A model generated the notes under the pieces. It was not told the origin of the DNA. It saw nothing but the letters and a program-made list of their open reading frames with translations, and did no database searches. Below, piece after piece: positions 37,850 through 50,450 of a DNA stretch of 64,000 nucleotides. The first letter of the stretch is position 1, and the number at the start of each line of letters is the position of its first letter. The DNA lies in the NCBI RefSeq assembly GCF_036971445.1, contig NC_091472.1, positions 89,714,001 to 89,778,000 on the forward strand. The letters run 5' to 3'. This DNA comes from Narcine bancroftii (Eukaryota). A program made the translations under genes and the position numbers.

Positions 37850-38445
37850 AAGCTTACACCTAATCCTTTAATTGCTCTTTTTGGAGCAATTGAGGTATCT
37901 GATTTGAAATTATCTATGTCTCAATCCCATATAGTTTCTTTTGCTTCTCTTATTGCTGTACGAACAATATTGATGATGGAAAGATACTGTCCCTCCTACT
38001 CTTACTCAATGGCTATATGACATGATGGCATGCTTTGGGGGGTGGGGGGGGGTAAAAGGAAATTGGATGGTCTTCCAATGTAATGGATTTAAAATTTAAG
38101 TTTTGGGGTCCTTTAATACATTTTTTTCATAATTTATAAAATCAGATCCTGCCTTATGATTTTTTTAATGGCAGCAGATTTGAATGTATCGAACCAATAA
38201 CTTTGGAAAAAGGGGATAGAATTTGTAAACTTTTTAAAATCTTTTTTAATTATCCATATATTATTACTGTTTAAATGATTACTTGATCTTTTTTTCTGTT
38301 TGACTGTTTATGATATCTACTTCATATGCAATAGTTTTTCCTATATTAGATTTTCTTTGTATATTTCCTATTTCATATTACTTTTGATTTATGGCTTCTA
38401 TTTGTGCATTACTGAAAAATTTAATAAAAAACATTGAAAAAGAAA
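37850..38445 (+). mobile_element. Old L1, 3' end (continuation of 28450-31344)
   Basis: PNPLIALFG... ORF2 C-terminus, then AATAAA and an A-rich tail at 38420-38445. Confidence 0.8.
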
Positions 38446-38479
38446 GTGAAACAGTATCATCTGTAAGCAGACCAACAGG

Positions 38480-40290
38480 TTACCTCTAGTCATGTATAGA
38501 ACACAATTTACAGAGTAAGGATTACAATGAAAAGGAAAATCGATTAGCATCAAGCAAAGGCAACACGAGAACACAGTTGTGGTTCATTCAGGAGCCTGAT
38601 GACTGAAGGGAAGAAAAACTGTATACAAGTCTGTTGACGTTTTAACCCTTCTCCTTAATGGAAGGAGGGAAAAGTCATTCAGTACATTGGCTGCTTTTCC
38701 TTGGCAGCCAGAGATGTAGATGGAGTCCATGAAGGGGAGGGAAGTGTTTTTTATTACAATCTAGGCAGCATTTACTACCTCTGTAGTTTCTTCCCATCTT
38801 GAGCTAAATGGGTCCTGTACTGTGATGCATCCAGTAAGAACACTTTTGCTGGTGCACCTGTAGACATTGTTGAGGAACAGGGGTCACGCTGAACTTCCCT
38901 AGTCTTCTAAGAAAGTAGAAGTGTTGACCTTTCTTGACCATTGAGTTAATGAGCTTTTTCCAGGTCAAGTCATCAGAGACATTTATCCCAAGAACTTAAG
39001 TCATCTATTCTTTAAACTTCAGCACCATCAATGTGGAGAGGGCCATGGACTCTGCTATCTCTTCTGAAGTCAATGATTATCTCTTTTGATTTATTGACAT
39101 TATTGTCTTGTCATCAAGCCATTGGACTTTCAATCTCTTTTCTGTATTCCAACTCATTTGTTATTGGATACCCAGCCCACTAATATGGAGTCTGTGGCAA
39201 ATTTCAAGATGTATTTTGGAATGGTTATTTAAGTATACACGAAAGCCTTAAAAATCAACAGAGTGCTAGGAGGATACGCTAGGTGACTGCAACAAATGGC
39301 GAGGTACTCTTCATCAGCACCTAGACTAAGGCGAGGGAGTGATCTTGAGTCAGTTTGAGGAGTGGCGAGCACAGCGGACAGCAACAACAATTTCCTACAC
39401 ATGCAGTAACTGTAGCCATTCCAGGATCGGCCTCAATAGCCAGTTGACGCTGTTCAACAAACCAGTGACTACTAAAGGCCACACATGTGTATAGTAGTGG
39501 GCTGAGAACACATCCTTGAGGAGCACCAACGTTAATTGGAATCATAGAGGAGTTGTTACCCATTTTCATCAATTGCTGTCTGTCAAAGAGAAAGTCAAGG
39601 ATCCTGTTTCAGAAGAAGCACTGTGACAAAGAAATTAAAGATTGTGAATTGGTTGGTTAGGGACTATGGCATTGAAGTTAGAGCCTATCCTTTTCATCCA
39701 GGTGTTCTACAGTCAAATGGAGAGCTAGGGAGATGGTGGAGGATCTGTTTGGCTGATAAATTGGATGTGAGCCATGACCAACTGCTCAAAGCACATCATG
39801 ATGGTGGATGTCAAAACCACTGGCCAGAAGATATTTAGGCAAGTTACGACTTCCTTTAGTATTGCTAGGACGATGGCCTTTGGGAAGCCAGTGAGAAGTT
39901 CAACCTCTTGCAACGTGAGATTAAAGATGTCCATAAATACTTCTGCCAGTTGATCTGTGTAGACTCTCAGAACAAGTCCTGGGATTCCATATGGACAAGT
40001 TGCTTTCCATAGGTTCACCAACTGGAAGGCCATCTTGATTTTAGCAATGACTATGGGTGTAGCATCATTTGTAATAATTGATGTGGTTGTCACCAACCTG
40101 TTCAATGTAAGCATAGACCATGTTTAACTCATCAGGGAGCATTGCACTGTTATATTCTGCGTTGCTGGGCAGAAAGTCTCGTAATTCTCTTATTTTTGTC
40201 TTTATTGGAGCTTTTTTTTTAAAATAAAATAGTTCATTTGTGCTTTTTGTATACCTCATTAACTACATTGGGAGGGCCATATAGCCTTGG
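38480..40290 (-). mobile_element. Rex1/Babar-like LINE, degenerate
   Basis: GAPQGCVLSPLLY and KATCPYGIPGLVLR..DQLAEVFMDIFNL..CFEQLV motifs. Confidence 0.85.
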
Positions 40291-40829
40291 CTGGGTCCAC
40301 TTTAGATTGATGAACAATCTTGCAACGTTACTCCATTTTACATTTCACAGGACACCATCAGGTAGATGAAGCAATAATCCGTGAAAAAAATGGAAGTCTC
40401 TGCAGAATTCACATCTAACCACAAAATTCCAATCTATGGTGCCAACTTTGTCTTTTCCAATCAATCAGATGTTGAAGATTATCAGGATAACTGACAATCA
40501 GACAGTTATTTCAACAGGATGACTGAATAGCTAGTCAAAAAACAATCCAGGACATTAAAGGAATCAAGGGACATGAGAATAGTGCTGTACATTATGTTGA
40601 GATAAAAGATCACTTGTGACCTTGATGAATGTCAAGAGGCTTGAAGTGGACTACCGATAACATCACTAGTTTAGAAAAAACTTCTGGGTCCAAATTGCAC
40701 CAGAATATTTCAGACAAGAAACAGCAGGTGCTGGAAGCTGAACATTTTAAAGGCTGGGTTGCAAGATACAACTTCCTGAAAATGATAACAGTGGATTAAA
40801 ATGCGCCTTAATTGTATCATCCTTGCCAG

Positions 40830-42100
40830 AGAGAATAAATGCACAAGAACACAAGAAGTAAAAGCAGGAATGGACCTGTCAAACCTGCTCTGCCTTTCCA
40901 CATATACATGGCTGATCTTGACATGGACTCAGCTCAACTTACCTGCCTGTTCCCCATAACCCTTAACTCCCCTATTACTCAAAAATCTACCTGGTCTTAA
41001 ATACATAAAACAATTTCTGCTGCTTCATTGAGCAGCATTCACTACTCTCTGGGAGAAGCAGTTCCTTCCCATGTTGACCTTGAATCTACTCCCTGAAAGG
41101 CGACTTATCTTAGTTCTAGTGTCAGCTGCCAATGGAAACAACTCCCTGTTCCTATCTTATCTATTGCATTCATAATTTTAAGTCTCTATAAAATCCCCCT
41201 CATCCTTCTAAACACCAAGAGTATTGTCCTAGGCTATTCAATTTTTCTTCTTAAAAGATACCCCTTTCAATTCCAGAATCAACAACAACTTCTACACCAC
41301 CTCCAAAGCCAGTACAGCCTTTCATATGCAAGGACTCCAGTAGGTACAGTCTCAAACGCCTATAAAGTTGCAGTTGAACATCCCTGCTCTTAAATTAACT
41401 TCCTCCAGCAATGAAGGCCAACATCCCATTAGCCTCTTGATTACCTGCTGCACTTGCAAACCAACTTTTAGCAATTCATACAGTAAATCATACAGGTGTC
41501 TGTACACAACAGCCTGCTGCAATTTTTACACCTTTAAATGGTCTGATTTACTTTCTTTTTCTTTTCATAAAAGATGACCTCACATTTACAAACTTTAAAC
41601 TCCATTTGCCTGATCCTTGTCCACTTAGTTAACCTACCTATATCTCTCAGCAAACTGCATCCTCTACAGAATTTGCTCTTCTACTCAATTTAGTGCCATC
41701 AGCAAACTTAAATACTGTACACTTGGTCCCCTCCTCCAAATCATTTGTGTACTGTGAATAGTTTTGGAGCCCAATCCCTGCAGCACCCATAAACTGGCAA
41801 CCAGAAAAACATCCATTTACCCCAACTCACCATATTTGTTTACCAATGTTCTCTCCATGTCAGCACACATTAACCACAACTCCATGCACCCTGATCTAAT
41901 GCACAAGTCTTGTGTGGCATCTTAAACACTTTTCTGAAATTCAAATATACCATATGCACCTGCTCCCCATATTCCATTGCACTCATTAGATCCTCAAAGA
42001 ACTCTAGTTAAACAGGACCTGGCCCTAATGAATCCATGATACATTTGCCTGATGAATAATTTCTACTCACATGCTTTGCTATTTCTTCCTCAATGATACA
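40830..42100 (-). mobile_element. CR1 LINE, 3' part
   Basis: CR1 tail (gatcagccatg) at about 40900 and degenerate RT sequence on -. Confidence 0.8.
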
Positions 42101-42882
42101 GGAGAGATCATAGGCTTATCCACACCATACTTAAGAAATATCAAATGAAATGGGCAATTTGATAATGTAGCACTGAATATGAAATTGTTACATCAGATGG
42201 ATAGAACAAATCCAAATGCATTTAGGTATATTTGAACCACAGTAAGGCAGCATTAAAAGCATTAGCCAGTTATGGCTTCAAATTACAGGGCTGTCTCTGG
42301 GTTTCCTTCACCACATCAAGTCTATACTGAAAAATGCCATCTTGAATGAATACTCAATGAAGAGAGTGAAGGTAGGGCCACTTAACAATAAAGTAGCCAA
42401 AATGTGCCTGGAACCTGGGGTTTGGGAAGTCCTAAATCAATATTTTGCTTCAGTATTCACCAAGAAAAGGACTTTGGTCAAGGAACGATCCATGCTAGAT
42501 TTTCTTCAAGTCGCAGATCCAGATGAGATATGCCTCAGGTTATTAATGGAAGGGGAGGGAAGAGATTGCTGAGAGGCTATGACTATTTATCTTACCTATA
42601 GCTCTATTTTATAAACCTCTATTAGATTACCCTTTAGTCTCCTATGCTCCAGGGAGAAAAATCGCAGCCTAGAGCAAAACACAAAAGTGTGCAAACACCG
42701 CGATGAAGGGCTAAAGACAAAAACATTCGATATGTATCTTTGCTATATTAAGTACAGATTGTACCTCTAATCTAGTGATTGCCTGACCACAGAAAATGCC
42801 AGGAAAATGGCCCCAAAGGGAACCTCCTACGTAAAAAAAAAATCAAAGGTAGAACAAAGTTTAAAGCAGGAAATAATACCAT

Positions 42883-43080
42883 GGGGTGGCATGGTTAGTG
42901 TAGCAGTTAGCGTGATGTCTTTATAGCACCAGTGATTGGGACATCAGTACCAACTCCTTACAGACGGTGTGGGACTCAAACACCTGTCCCGATCGCAGCA
43001 GGTTCAACCTTTTCAGCGCCAGCTATCAGGACCAGGGTTCAAGTTCCGTGTTGTCCGTAAGGAGTTTGTATTAACGACGG
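42883..43080. mobile_element. Rearranged tRNA-SINE with an internal inversion
   Basis: SINE head on +, then an inverted core segment, then a direct core segment. Confidence 0.7.
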
Positions 43081-43099
43081 CAGACTCAAATGTGCCAGA

Positions 43100-43655
43100 C
43101 AGACCATCGGAATAGCTGGACCATAGAGTGTCAGATAAGAGAAGTACAACCTATACATATATTTGTCCTGCTGAATTTCTCCGCCATTGTTTTTACTAAG
43201 ATCCCACCCTATCCAGCCTCTGCTTATAATTCAAGACACCCCCCCCCCCCACCCTTCCCAGCAACATTCTTGTGAATCTTTTCTGCCTTTCCAGCTAATC
43301 CCTTTCCTATAGCTGGATCACCAAAACTGCACTCAATAAGTGTAGTATAACCAAAGTCTAACTGCACAACCTCCTTGCTACTGTACTCCATACCCTGACA
43401 GATGAAGACAAACATCTTCACCACCCTGTGACTAGCTGGGATGCTACTTTCTTGGAACTATATACCATCAAATCTCTGTTCTACAACACTTCCCAGGGCT
43501 CCTACATTCATCATGCAAGTCCTGCTTTAACCCACCAAAATGCAACACCTTGCAATTGTCAAAATTCCATCTGTTATTCCTTGGCCTACTTTTCCAGTTA
43601 ATCGAGATCCTGTTGTAATTTTAGATAACCTTTTTTCACTGTCAACCATACCACT
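43100..43655 (-). mobile_element. CR1 fragments
   Basis: FICQGMEYSSKEVVQL resembles the CR1 ORF2 C-terminal region. Confidence 0.65.
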
Positions 43656-46374
43656 AGTACAATGGGCAAGATGTTTTGGATCTTAAAATAGCAAGCTATA
43701 AAATCTAAGCAAATGAAAAGCTGTGGAAAGTGAAGAAAACTGAATGTTTTGCAAAATTTTGAAGGATACTCCTGCATGAGAACTGAGAATTAACAATTCT
43801 GTGAGAAAACAAAATTCTTTCAAGTTCTTGCAAGATCTTTAAAACTTCAACTAATGGAAACACACTTGGACAAGTCTCCCAGGAACTCTCCCTGACTTAG
43901 ACCTCCACATAATAATGGCTTAAACTAAAAAACAGTTTTTTAAAAAACCTATACGATAAAGACATACCGATATAAAGATATTCCCATTCAACCGCACTTC
44001 CAACTATCACCCTCGTGGTACCAATCTGCACAAATGAGATTTAAAAAAAATCACTGGAAGTTAACAATAAGGCACAAGGTCCTATTTTCTACATCCTAGG
44101 TTTCACTTTTAACATAAAATCCCAGTTCAACTTTACAGTGACCTTTGCTCAAATATTTTAACAGAAAATTCATCTGGGAAGCAATACTAGAGGCAAAAGT
44201 TACTTTGCCTTCCCGAAAAAGTTACAAATATTCTAAATAACCTCAATTTCTGACCAAACCCGGGGAGGGGGGGGGGGGGGTGGGGGGGTGGGGTTTGGTG
44301 AAACGGGGAAAAAAAAACATTTTAGTGTTACTGGATCCACATGGATAATAAAGCACAATATTTTGTTGTTTTATATGACAAGTACTTTGAATATCTAGAA
44401 GTCCAGCTCAAACTATTTTATATTTACATTAATTCAACTAAACTATATGACCAGTTTAAATTTACCCCACATTTATTCAAAAAGGACAGATGTTTTTGGT
44501 CAAACAGAAGTGTGGGATTGGCATCCATCTCCAAATTCCAATTCCTATGGATATGTAAAACTACAGAACACCCAAAATCAAAAACACAAAGACTTTAAAT
44601 GCAGAGTTAAAGAATGCTCAGATACAATGCAACTATGTTTTACATTGAAAGAGATGAAGTGCAGAGTAGCCATCATTTACTTATTTCTATATTAAATGCA
44701 CATTATTTGAAAGCCAAATTAAAGTTTTCCAATAGCATGTATACACTCAAACACCTGCAACAGCAGATGTTTAAATGTAAATCATCGACAGAAATGCATT
44801 TTTCAATTGGCACAAATGTATCTTTGTCATAAGTAACACATATTTAATGTTAAAATATGCAACTACAGTATAAAAAACATTAAACACATTAACTGAACAG
44901 AAACATCTTTTCAAAGTGGTAAACTAATCTGCTTTCCAGGATTGAAATTTCAAAAACCTTAATTTAAAAAAAAATCAATTGCAGTATCAAACCTTAATCT
45001 ACAAATCCAAGATTCACATGAACTAGAATCATATTCAATTTAAAACATGAATTCAACATACCACATTTAATTTGATGTGGCTTAATTATAGATTAAAGGC
45101 CATACCTGGGTCATGAATTTTTTTTAAAACAGATTTTTACGTCCATTTTGTCTACAAGTCAGTAAATATACAGGAATCATTCAATATGGTAACAATGAGA
45201 TGAAAACACTGAAAGGGAGATATAAAATTCTGGTAGTCATAAAAACATACTTATGTGCGAATGTCAAACTTTTTCATTTGATATCATAGACGCTCATTTG
45301 TACACATCTCCATAGGTCAAGCATCCATATCCTGGGGATGATCAGAAACGGTGAGACTGCAATGCAGCAATAAACCGATTTTTCATCTGAAGGATTTCAT
45401 TGTACTTCCTCTCAGAATATTATTAGCTTCCTCATTCAAAAACAGAATTGCAGTTTCTACTGCAAGATTACAAGAATGCAATATGCAGCTACTTACTGAA
45501 AAATAATGCAACAAACTAACCACATAAAAATTTCAACATGGAGGCTTCCATTCAGTTCTGCAGGGAATTCAGTTCAGCGGAGAATTCTGCTTTTCAGAAA
45601 AGGCTGAATGTTGCCCAAGGAGAGAGAGAATAAAATTACAAACTCTAAAAGTGATCTTAAGATTTAAAAGCAAATCCAATGATAGAAATAATTAAGCCAT
45701 GCAAAGCGACTTTCACCAAATCTGGCCTAACTTAAGAATTCATATAATGTCTATGCTGCCTCAGGATGCTCCAAACAGCATTGCCTAGAATTATACAAAA
45801 GTTGTCATTTGAGGCCATCAGCATATCCATGTCAAGCAAGATTGTAATGTCATAGTATAGAACATGTAATATTACACAAAATTGCCATTTCAACCAGAAG
45901 ACTACTTAACAATTTCACATTCTAGCCATAACTCCAGTTACTCAAAATTCTTTTTAAAGTTTCTATCTCAACTACTCTTAGACAGACATTTCCTGGTCTC
46001 CATGCTAATTCCATCATCAATTGCTTAGATTTTTTTGCCACCCAGTTTTTCAACCCTCTTTGGGAAACCGTTTTAAGCACCCTCTTAGGGAAACTGTCTT
46101 TAATCTTTCAAATTTAATTATACTCAAATATACTTTATATTGTCCAAAAGCAATAGTTTCTCAAAGCTATAATTCTCCAGTCCTGGCAAGACTCCTCTGC
46201 AAACCAAGTGAAATCAATGTTCCTGTTGTGCGATTTGTTAAAATGTTGCAACATAATTCTAGCATAACTTTGTAATCTATACTTCAGCTAATATATCGAA
46301 ATATATTTTTATTCATTTCATTGATCCATCAAGTTACTCACTATCCTTTCCATTATTTCATTTTTTTTTAATTT

Positions 46375-46608
46375 TAAATTTAGACACATAGCACGGTAAT
46401 AGAGACCATTTTGGCCCACAAGTCCCTGCCGCCCAATTAATTTACACCTCGGATAAGTTTCAAACAGCGGGAGAAAACCGGAGCCCCGGGGAAAACCCAC
46501 GTAGGCATAGAAAGAACATACAAATTCCTACGCGGGATTCAAACCAAAGTTCCAATCACTTGCACTCTAAAGACGTTGCGCTAACCACTACGCCAAATGT
46601 GCTGCCCC
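46375..46608 (-). mobile_element. tRNA-derived SINE
   Basis: Minus-strand head ggggcagcacatttggcgtagtggttagcgc (A-box-like) and gtttgaatccc (B-box-like), plus the shared core and tail. Confidence 0.85.
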
Positions 46609-47019
46609 TTTACAGTTGCACCTCCCCAAATTCATTTTCTCTGCCTGAATGAGAAAATCTAGCAGTTTATTTCTCCTATATATTTTATTTAGAACCCAAG
46701 TCCTGAAACTATCAACCAAGTAGCTAATTTTTATTTAATCCCCATTTTTCCAACTTTTAGTTTAAATCATTATATTTCAAGAGGAACACCATACTCTGGA
46801 AAGCCAATGGTAACAGCCAACCATTACCCTCCACTTGCTGCCAGAGCCAATTTTGGATCTCGTTTGCTATTCTACCTTGAATTCAATAGGACTTTATATT
46901 TTGACCAACCAATGACAGTGGATCTTATCAAAAGCCTTGCAAAAATCCAAGTGAACATTAAATGCACTGCCCTGTCAACCCACAAGATTTCCTTTAAAAA
47001 TCCAGTTAAGTTAGTCTGC

Positions 47020-47438
47020 AGATGCTGTAATAAAACTGTTGGAAGAACTCAAAGCAGCATCAGTGAAAGAAAACAAGTAGTCACAGTTCAGGATGTGACT
47101 GCATTAAGACTGACTGAAGAGGGAAGACCACCTACATGAAGAGATGAGGGAGGGGTGATACAGGGCCTGGCAGAAATGAGTTGAGTAAAAACAGACAGAA
47201 ATGCTGGAAGAACTCAGCCAGTCTTTGGATAAGCTTATTCTTCTGGCTAAAGGCAGGTCAATGACACCCCCCCCCCCCACCCATTCTGTGTTTGTATGTT
47301 TTACACTGAACGGTATGGCGCAAAATTCCCTCCTTGAAGAGGCTGTGTAAAAGGAGCTGTAGTGATGGGCAGATGGACCTAGGAAAGCTGGGCAAAGGGA
47401 GAGAGAACCAAGGTGGACCAGGAGTGGGAAAGAACAGG

Positions 47439-47522
<84 letters not shown>

Positions 47523-47990
47523 TTGAAATTGGAGAATTCAATGTTCATTCCATTGTGTTTAAGAATACAAGGTGCATTTCGCCTCAGTGGAGAATCCCAA
47601 AGATAGACAAATTGGTGCAGGAATGAGAATTGAAGTAACATGCCACTAGAAGTATTGATGGTCACAATGTCGAACTTCTCCAAAATGGTTCCAGTCTACA
47701 CTTGGCCTCACCAATGTATTGGAGGCCATATTGAGAGCATCAAATTCAATAGACAAGGTGCAAGTGAATCTCTGCCACACTTAGAAGAGCTGTTTAGGCC
47801 CCATGGATAGTGGTGAAAAGGAGAGGGGAAGGGTGTGGGGACAAGTGCTGCACCACCTACAGTTGTGGCAGAGAATGCCAAGGGACCAGGAAGTCACAGA
47901 TAGAATAATCCCTGGTGGTCTAGTCCAATTGAAGTGGTTAGAAATGGCAGAGAATGATTTGCTAAATGCAAAGGATAGAAGGTTGCAGAG
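47020..47990. mobile_element. Penelope-like retroelement fragments
   Basis: Repeated gaaatgctggaagaactcagc-type motif, with related pieces at 15810-15930 and 50490-50700. Family assignment is from memory. Confidence 0.45.
47442..47521. repeat. (GT)40 microsatellite
   Basis: Perfect dinucleotide run of 80 nt. Confidence 0.98.
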
Positions 47991-49349
47991 GTCTGACATA
48001 ATGTTCCTTTCTGCAACAAATACTGACTGCCCCTCGATTCATCTCACCTGATAATGGATTCCAATAATTTATCTATGAAAGTTATAACTCATCTATAATT
48101 TAGATTCCTTTCTAAACAGTACAATGACTAGTATTTTCTTTTACTTTTAAGAGCCGAGGATATTCTTGTACACACATAGAAATTTATCAATTTAAAATGA
48201 TAATCTCAATACATCAACCCCTCAAGATATTACCTGCAACATACTTTTGAAATGTAGCCATTTACAGCACAAGACCTTTTCATCAAAAATAAGAGCACAT
48301 TTTACTACATGGAAACAAACTGATCAGGTCATTTAAACAGTAGAATGTGAGAGTGCCATCAAGGTTTAGTTTTAATGTCTCATCCAAAAGACAGTACCTT
48401 CAAAGTGCACACTGTTGCACTTACAAATCCAACTGGTCTATCTCTTAAATCAGAAGCATGACGTCTCATTTTAACAGGAATATGTTATTGTGGGATCAAG
48501 GTTGGCACATTTTTGTATTTAATTAGCATGAAAAATTGTGGGAAATTAGTATAAAACTCTTTAATAAGAGGGATAAATATTTAGGAGGGTAATAAAACTT
48601 TGAATTTTGTTTTAAAAATGAAGTTAATGAAGAATCACAAGTGAGTTGTTAGAATCTACTCGACTGGTTAAAATAGTTCATACAAAAATTTCTGTTGGGT
48701 ATACAAATCAATGACAGTCTGAATTCTTCAAGATCATTTTGCAATTAGTATTTTACACAATGATTTATTAAAAAGCCTTACCATAAAGCAACTGAAGTTC
48801 CTCATGAACGGTCATAAACTCAAATAAAAGTCACAATTCGATTGCCAGATTATAAACAATATACAACGGTTACGTCAGGAAGTATACATTTTACAACATA
48901 ACATTTTTAAAATTGAAGCATTCGTATAAAACAAAGTTTGGTACTCTTGTGATTTCTCACATTTAGGACAGAAATGTTCTTACAGAAATTATAACAGCAG
49001 TCATACAGCAAATCCTACAAAGATGCCATAATTAGACATCACAAGACGAAAGAGTTACTGGCCAACAATTATAATGTTGTTTTAAGGGGAACAATCGTCT
49101 GGCGCGTGTTCAATCCATTTGATCCCCTGGCCCCAAACCCAGCATTGCCACAAAACGGTCAGAAGAGCTAGTGGGTTCACAATTCGGATACAATCTCCAT
49201 CAAAACCCCGAGCATCCCCCAAATTTTAACCACGAACTGAAAAAGGGATCAGCTCCCTGGAAATAAGGAAGGCATTGGCCAGAACTCATCAGCCCCTCAG
49301 CCTTTTACCCAAAAAGGAGGTGGGGGGGAGAATGTCAGGCCCCCGGAAA

Positions 49350-50450
49350 CAGGGAAGACATCGGCCAGGGCCCGCCAAAGAGCGCGCGCAACACAACGGC
49401 TTTCCTTTTCAGGGACTCACTCCCTCCAACCCAGCAGCCTGATGCTGCACATCGTCCTTCCAGTTCAACCAAACCAATTTCCCCTGAAAGAAAACCTCAC
49501 ATTAAAATAACAAGGGCCACATAAATGACGTGAGGGAAGAGAAAAAGCGGCCGCCATTTCGCGGCTTCGACCCCCGCCATGCTGGAGGTTGGCGTACCAC
49601 CATCGCGCCGATGGCAGCTTCCGCACCTTTAGGGATCGCTCAGAAGCATCCTACTTCAGAGGGATGGGGGTGGGAACAAGACGTTGGCTTGCATCGATGT
49701 TCTTATGTTCTGTTTGGGTATCCCTTCAGTACTAAACGGGGGGAATCCTCACCTCCACCGCACCGGTTGTATCGGGACATAATAACACACTCACTCTTCC
49801 CTCTGCCTGGTCTCCATTAACTGAGAGCGAATCCCAACCAGCTTCTGCCGTTTGCGCGTGCGCACTGGGAGCACGGCACATACGGGCACTCAGCAGAAGC
49901 CCCGCCTGGCATGACGGCTTTGGAAAGGACAGCAGTTCGGGATGGAGTTTGAAGGGAGGTCACGTGCGCCGCACCCCCCCCCAACGCTTCTGACGTGAGG
50001 AATCTCCGACCTCCATATTGATCGTTGTGTTTGCTTTGGAATAAGAGAGTTCCTGATTTCAAAATGGCGTCTGCAACGCTACAAAAAGCCGCGACGAAGT
50101 CGTACGCATCCTAATTTAGAGGCAGTGAGGGGTGAGGTACCCATTGCTGAATAACTCTAGAACATAGCGACCGGTTTATTGGGGCTTGCATCGCGATGTT
50201 TGCACGGATTTGATTGTAATCTTTGGTTCTTTAAGATGTCTTTTGTACGGCACCTTGCAAACACCCAATTAAACATTTTAAAAGCCATTTTAAGTAAAAA
50301 TGACGAAAACCGAAGATCTGCACGGCGTCATGTTTGAGAAAATACCCACGTTTCCCTCCAATTAATTCATATTTATTGCAAAGCTCTTACCCACGAGGTG
50401 ATCCCACGAGCGACACCGAGAGTAACGAATGCCGATTAATTTCTCCTCCT
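49350..50450. promoter_or_regulatory. CpG-island promoter of SRSF7, possibly bidirectional
   Basis: High CpG density. NRF1-like TGCGCGTGCGCA (~49853), E-box GGTCACGTG (~49958), CRE-like TGACGTGA (~49991), YY1-like AAATGGCG on - (~49552) and on + (~50062). Confidence 0.85.
49753..49780 (-). CDS. SRSF7: SRSF7 exon 1, coding part (28 nt)
   Basis: ATG TCC CGA TAC AAC CGG TGC GGT GGA G|GTGAGG encodes MSRYNRCGG(E), joins exon 2 in frame, and lies in a CpG island. Confidence 0.95.

Larger units (their letters stand above)
5720..49780 (-). other. SRSF7: SRSF7 gene, start to stop codon (9 coding exons, 243 aa: RRM, CCHC zinc knuckle, RS domain)
   Basis: Exons of 28, 181, 177, 75, 78, 54, 48, 36 and 55 nt total 732 nt. 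All introns are GT-AG and the frame is continuous. Confidence 0.95.

Noticed and set aside
45330-45395. Possible intronic C/D snoRNA (CTGA near the end on -)
   Set aside because: No proper RTGATGA C box, and no convincing terminal stem or rRNA guide.
46375-46608. tRNA-like heads in several repeats
   Set aside because: These are SINE heads attached to a shared core and tail; no cloverleaf or anticodon arm is evident.
47104-47683. ORFs with (TH)n or (CV)n repeats
   Set aside because: Artefacts of the (GT)40 microsatellite.
48782-48818. Possible 37-nt cassette exon with a strong GTAAGG donor in intron 1
   Set aside because: The nearest acceptor is a poor GAG and there is no other support.
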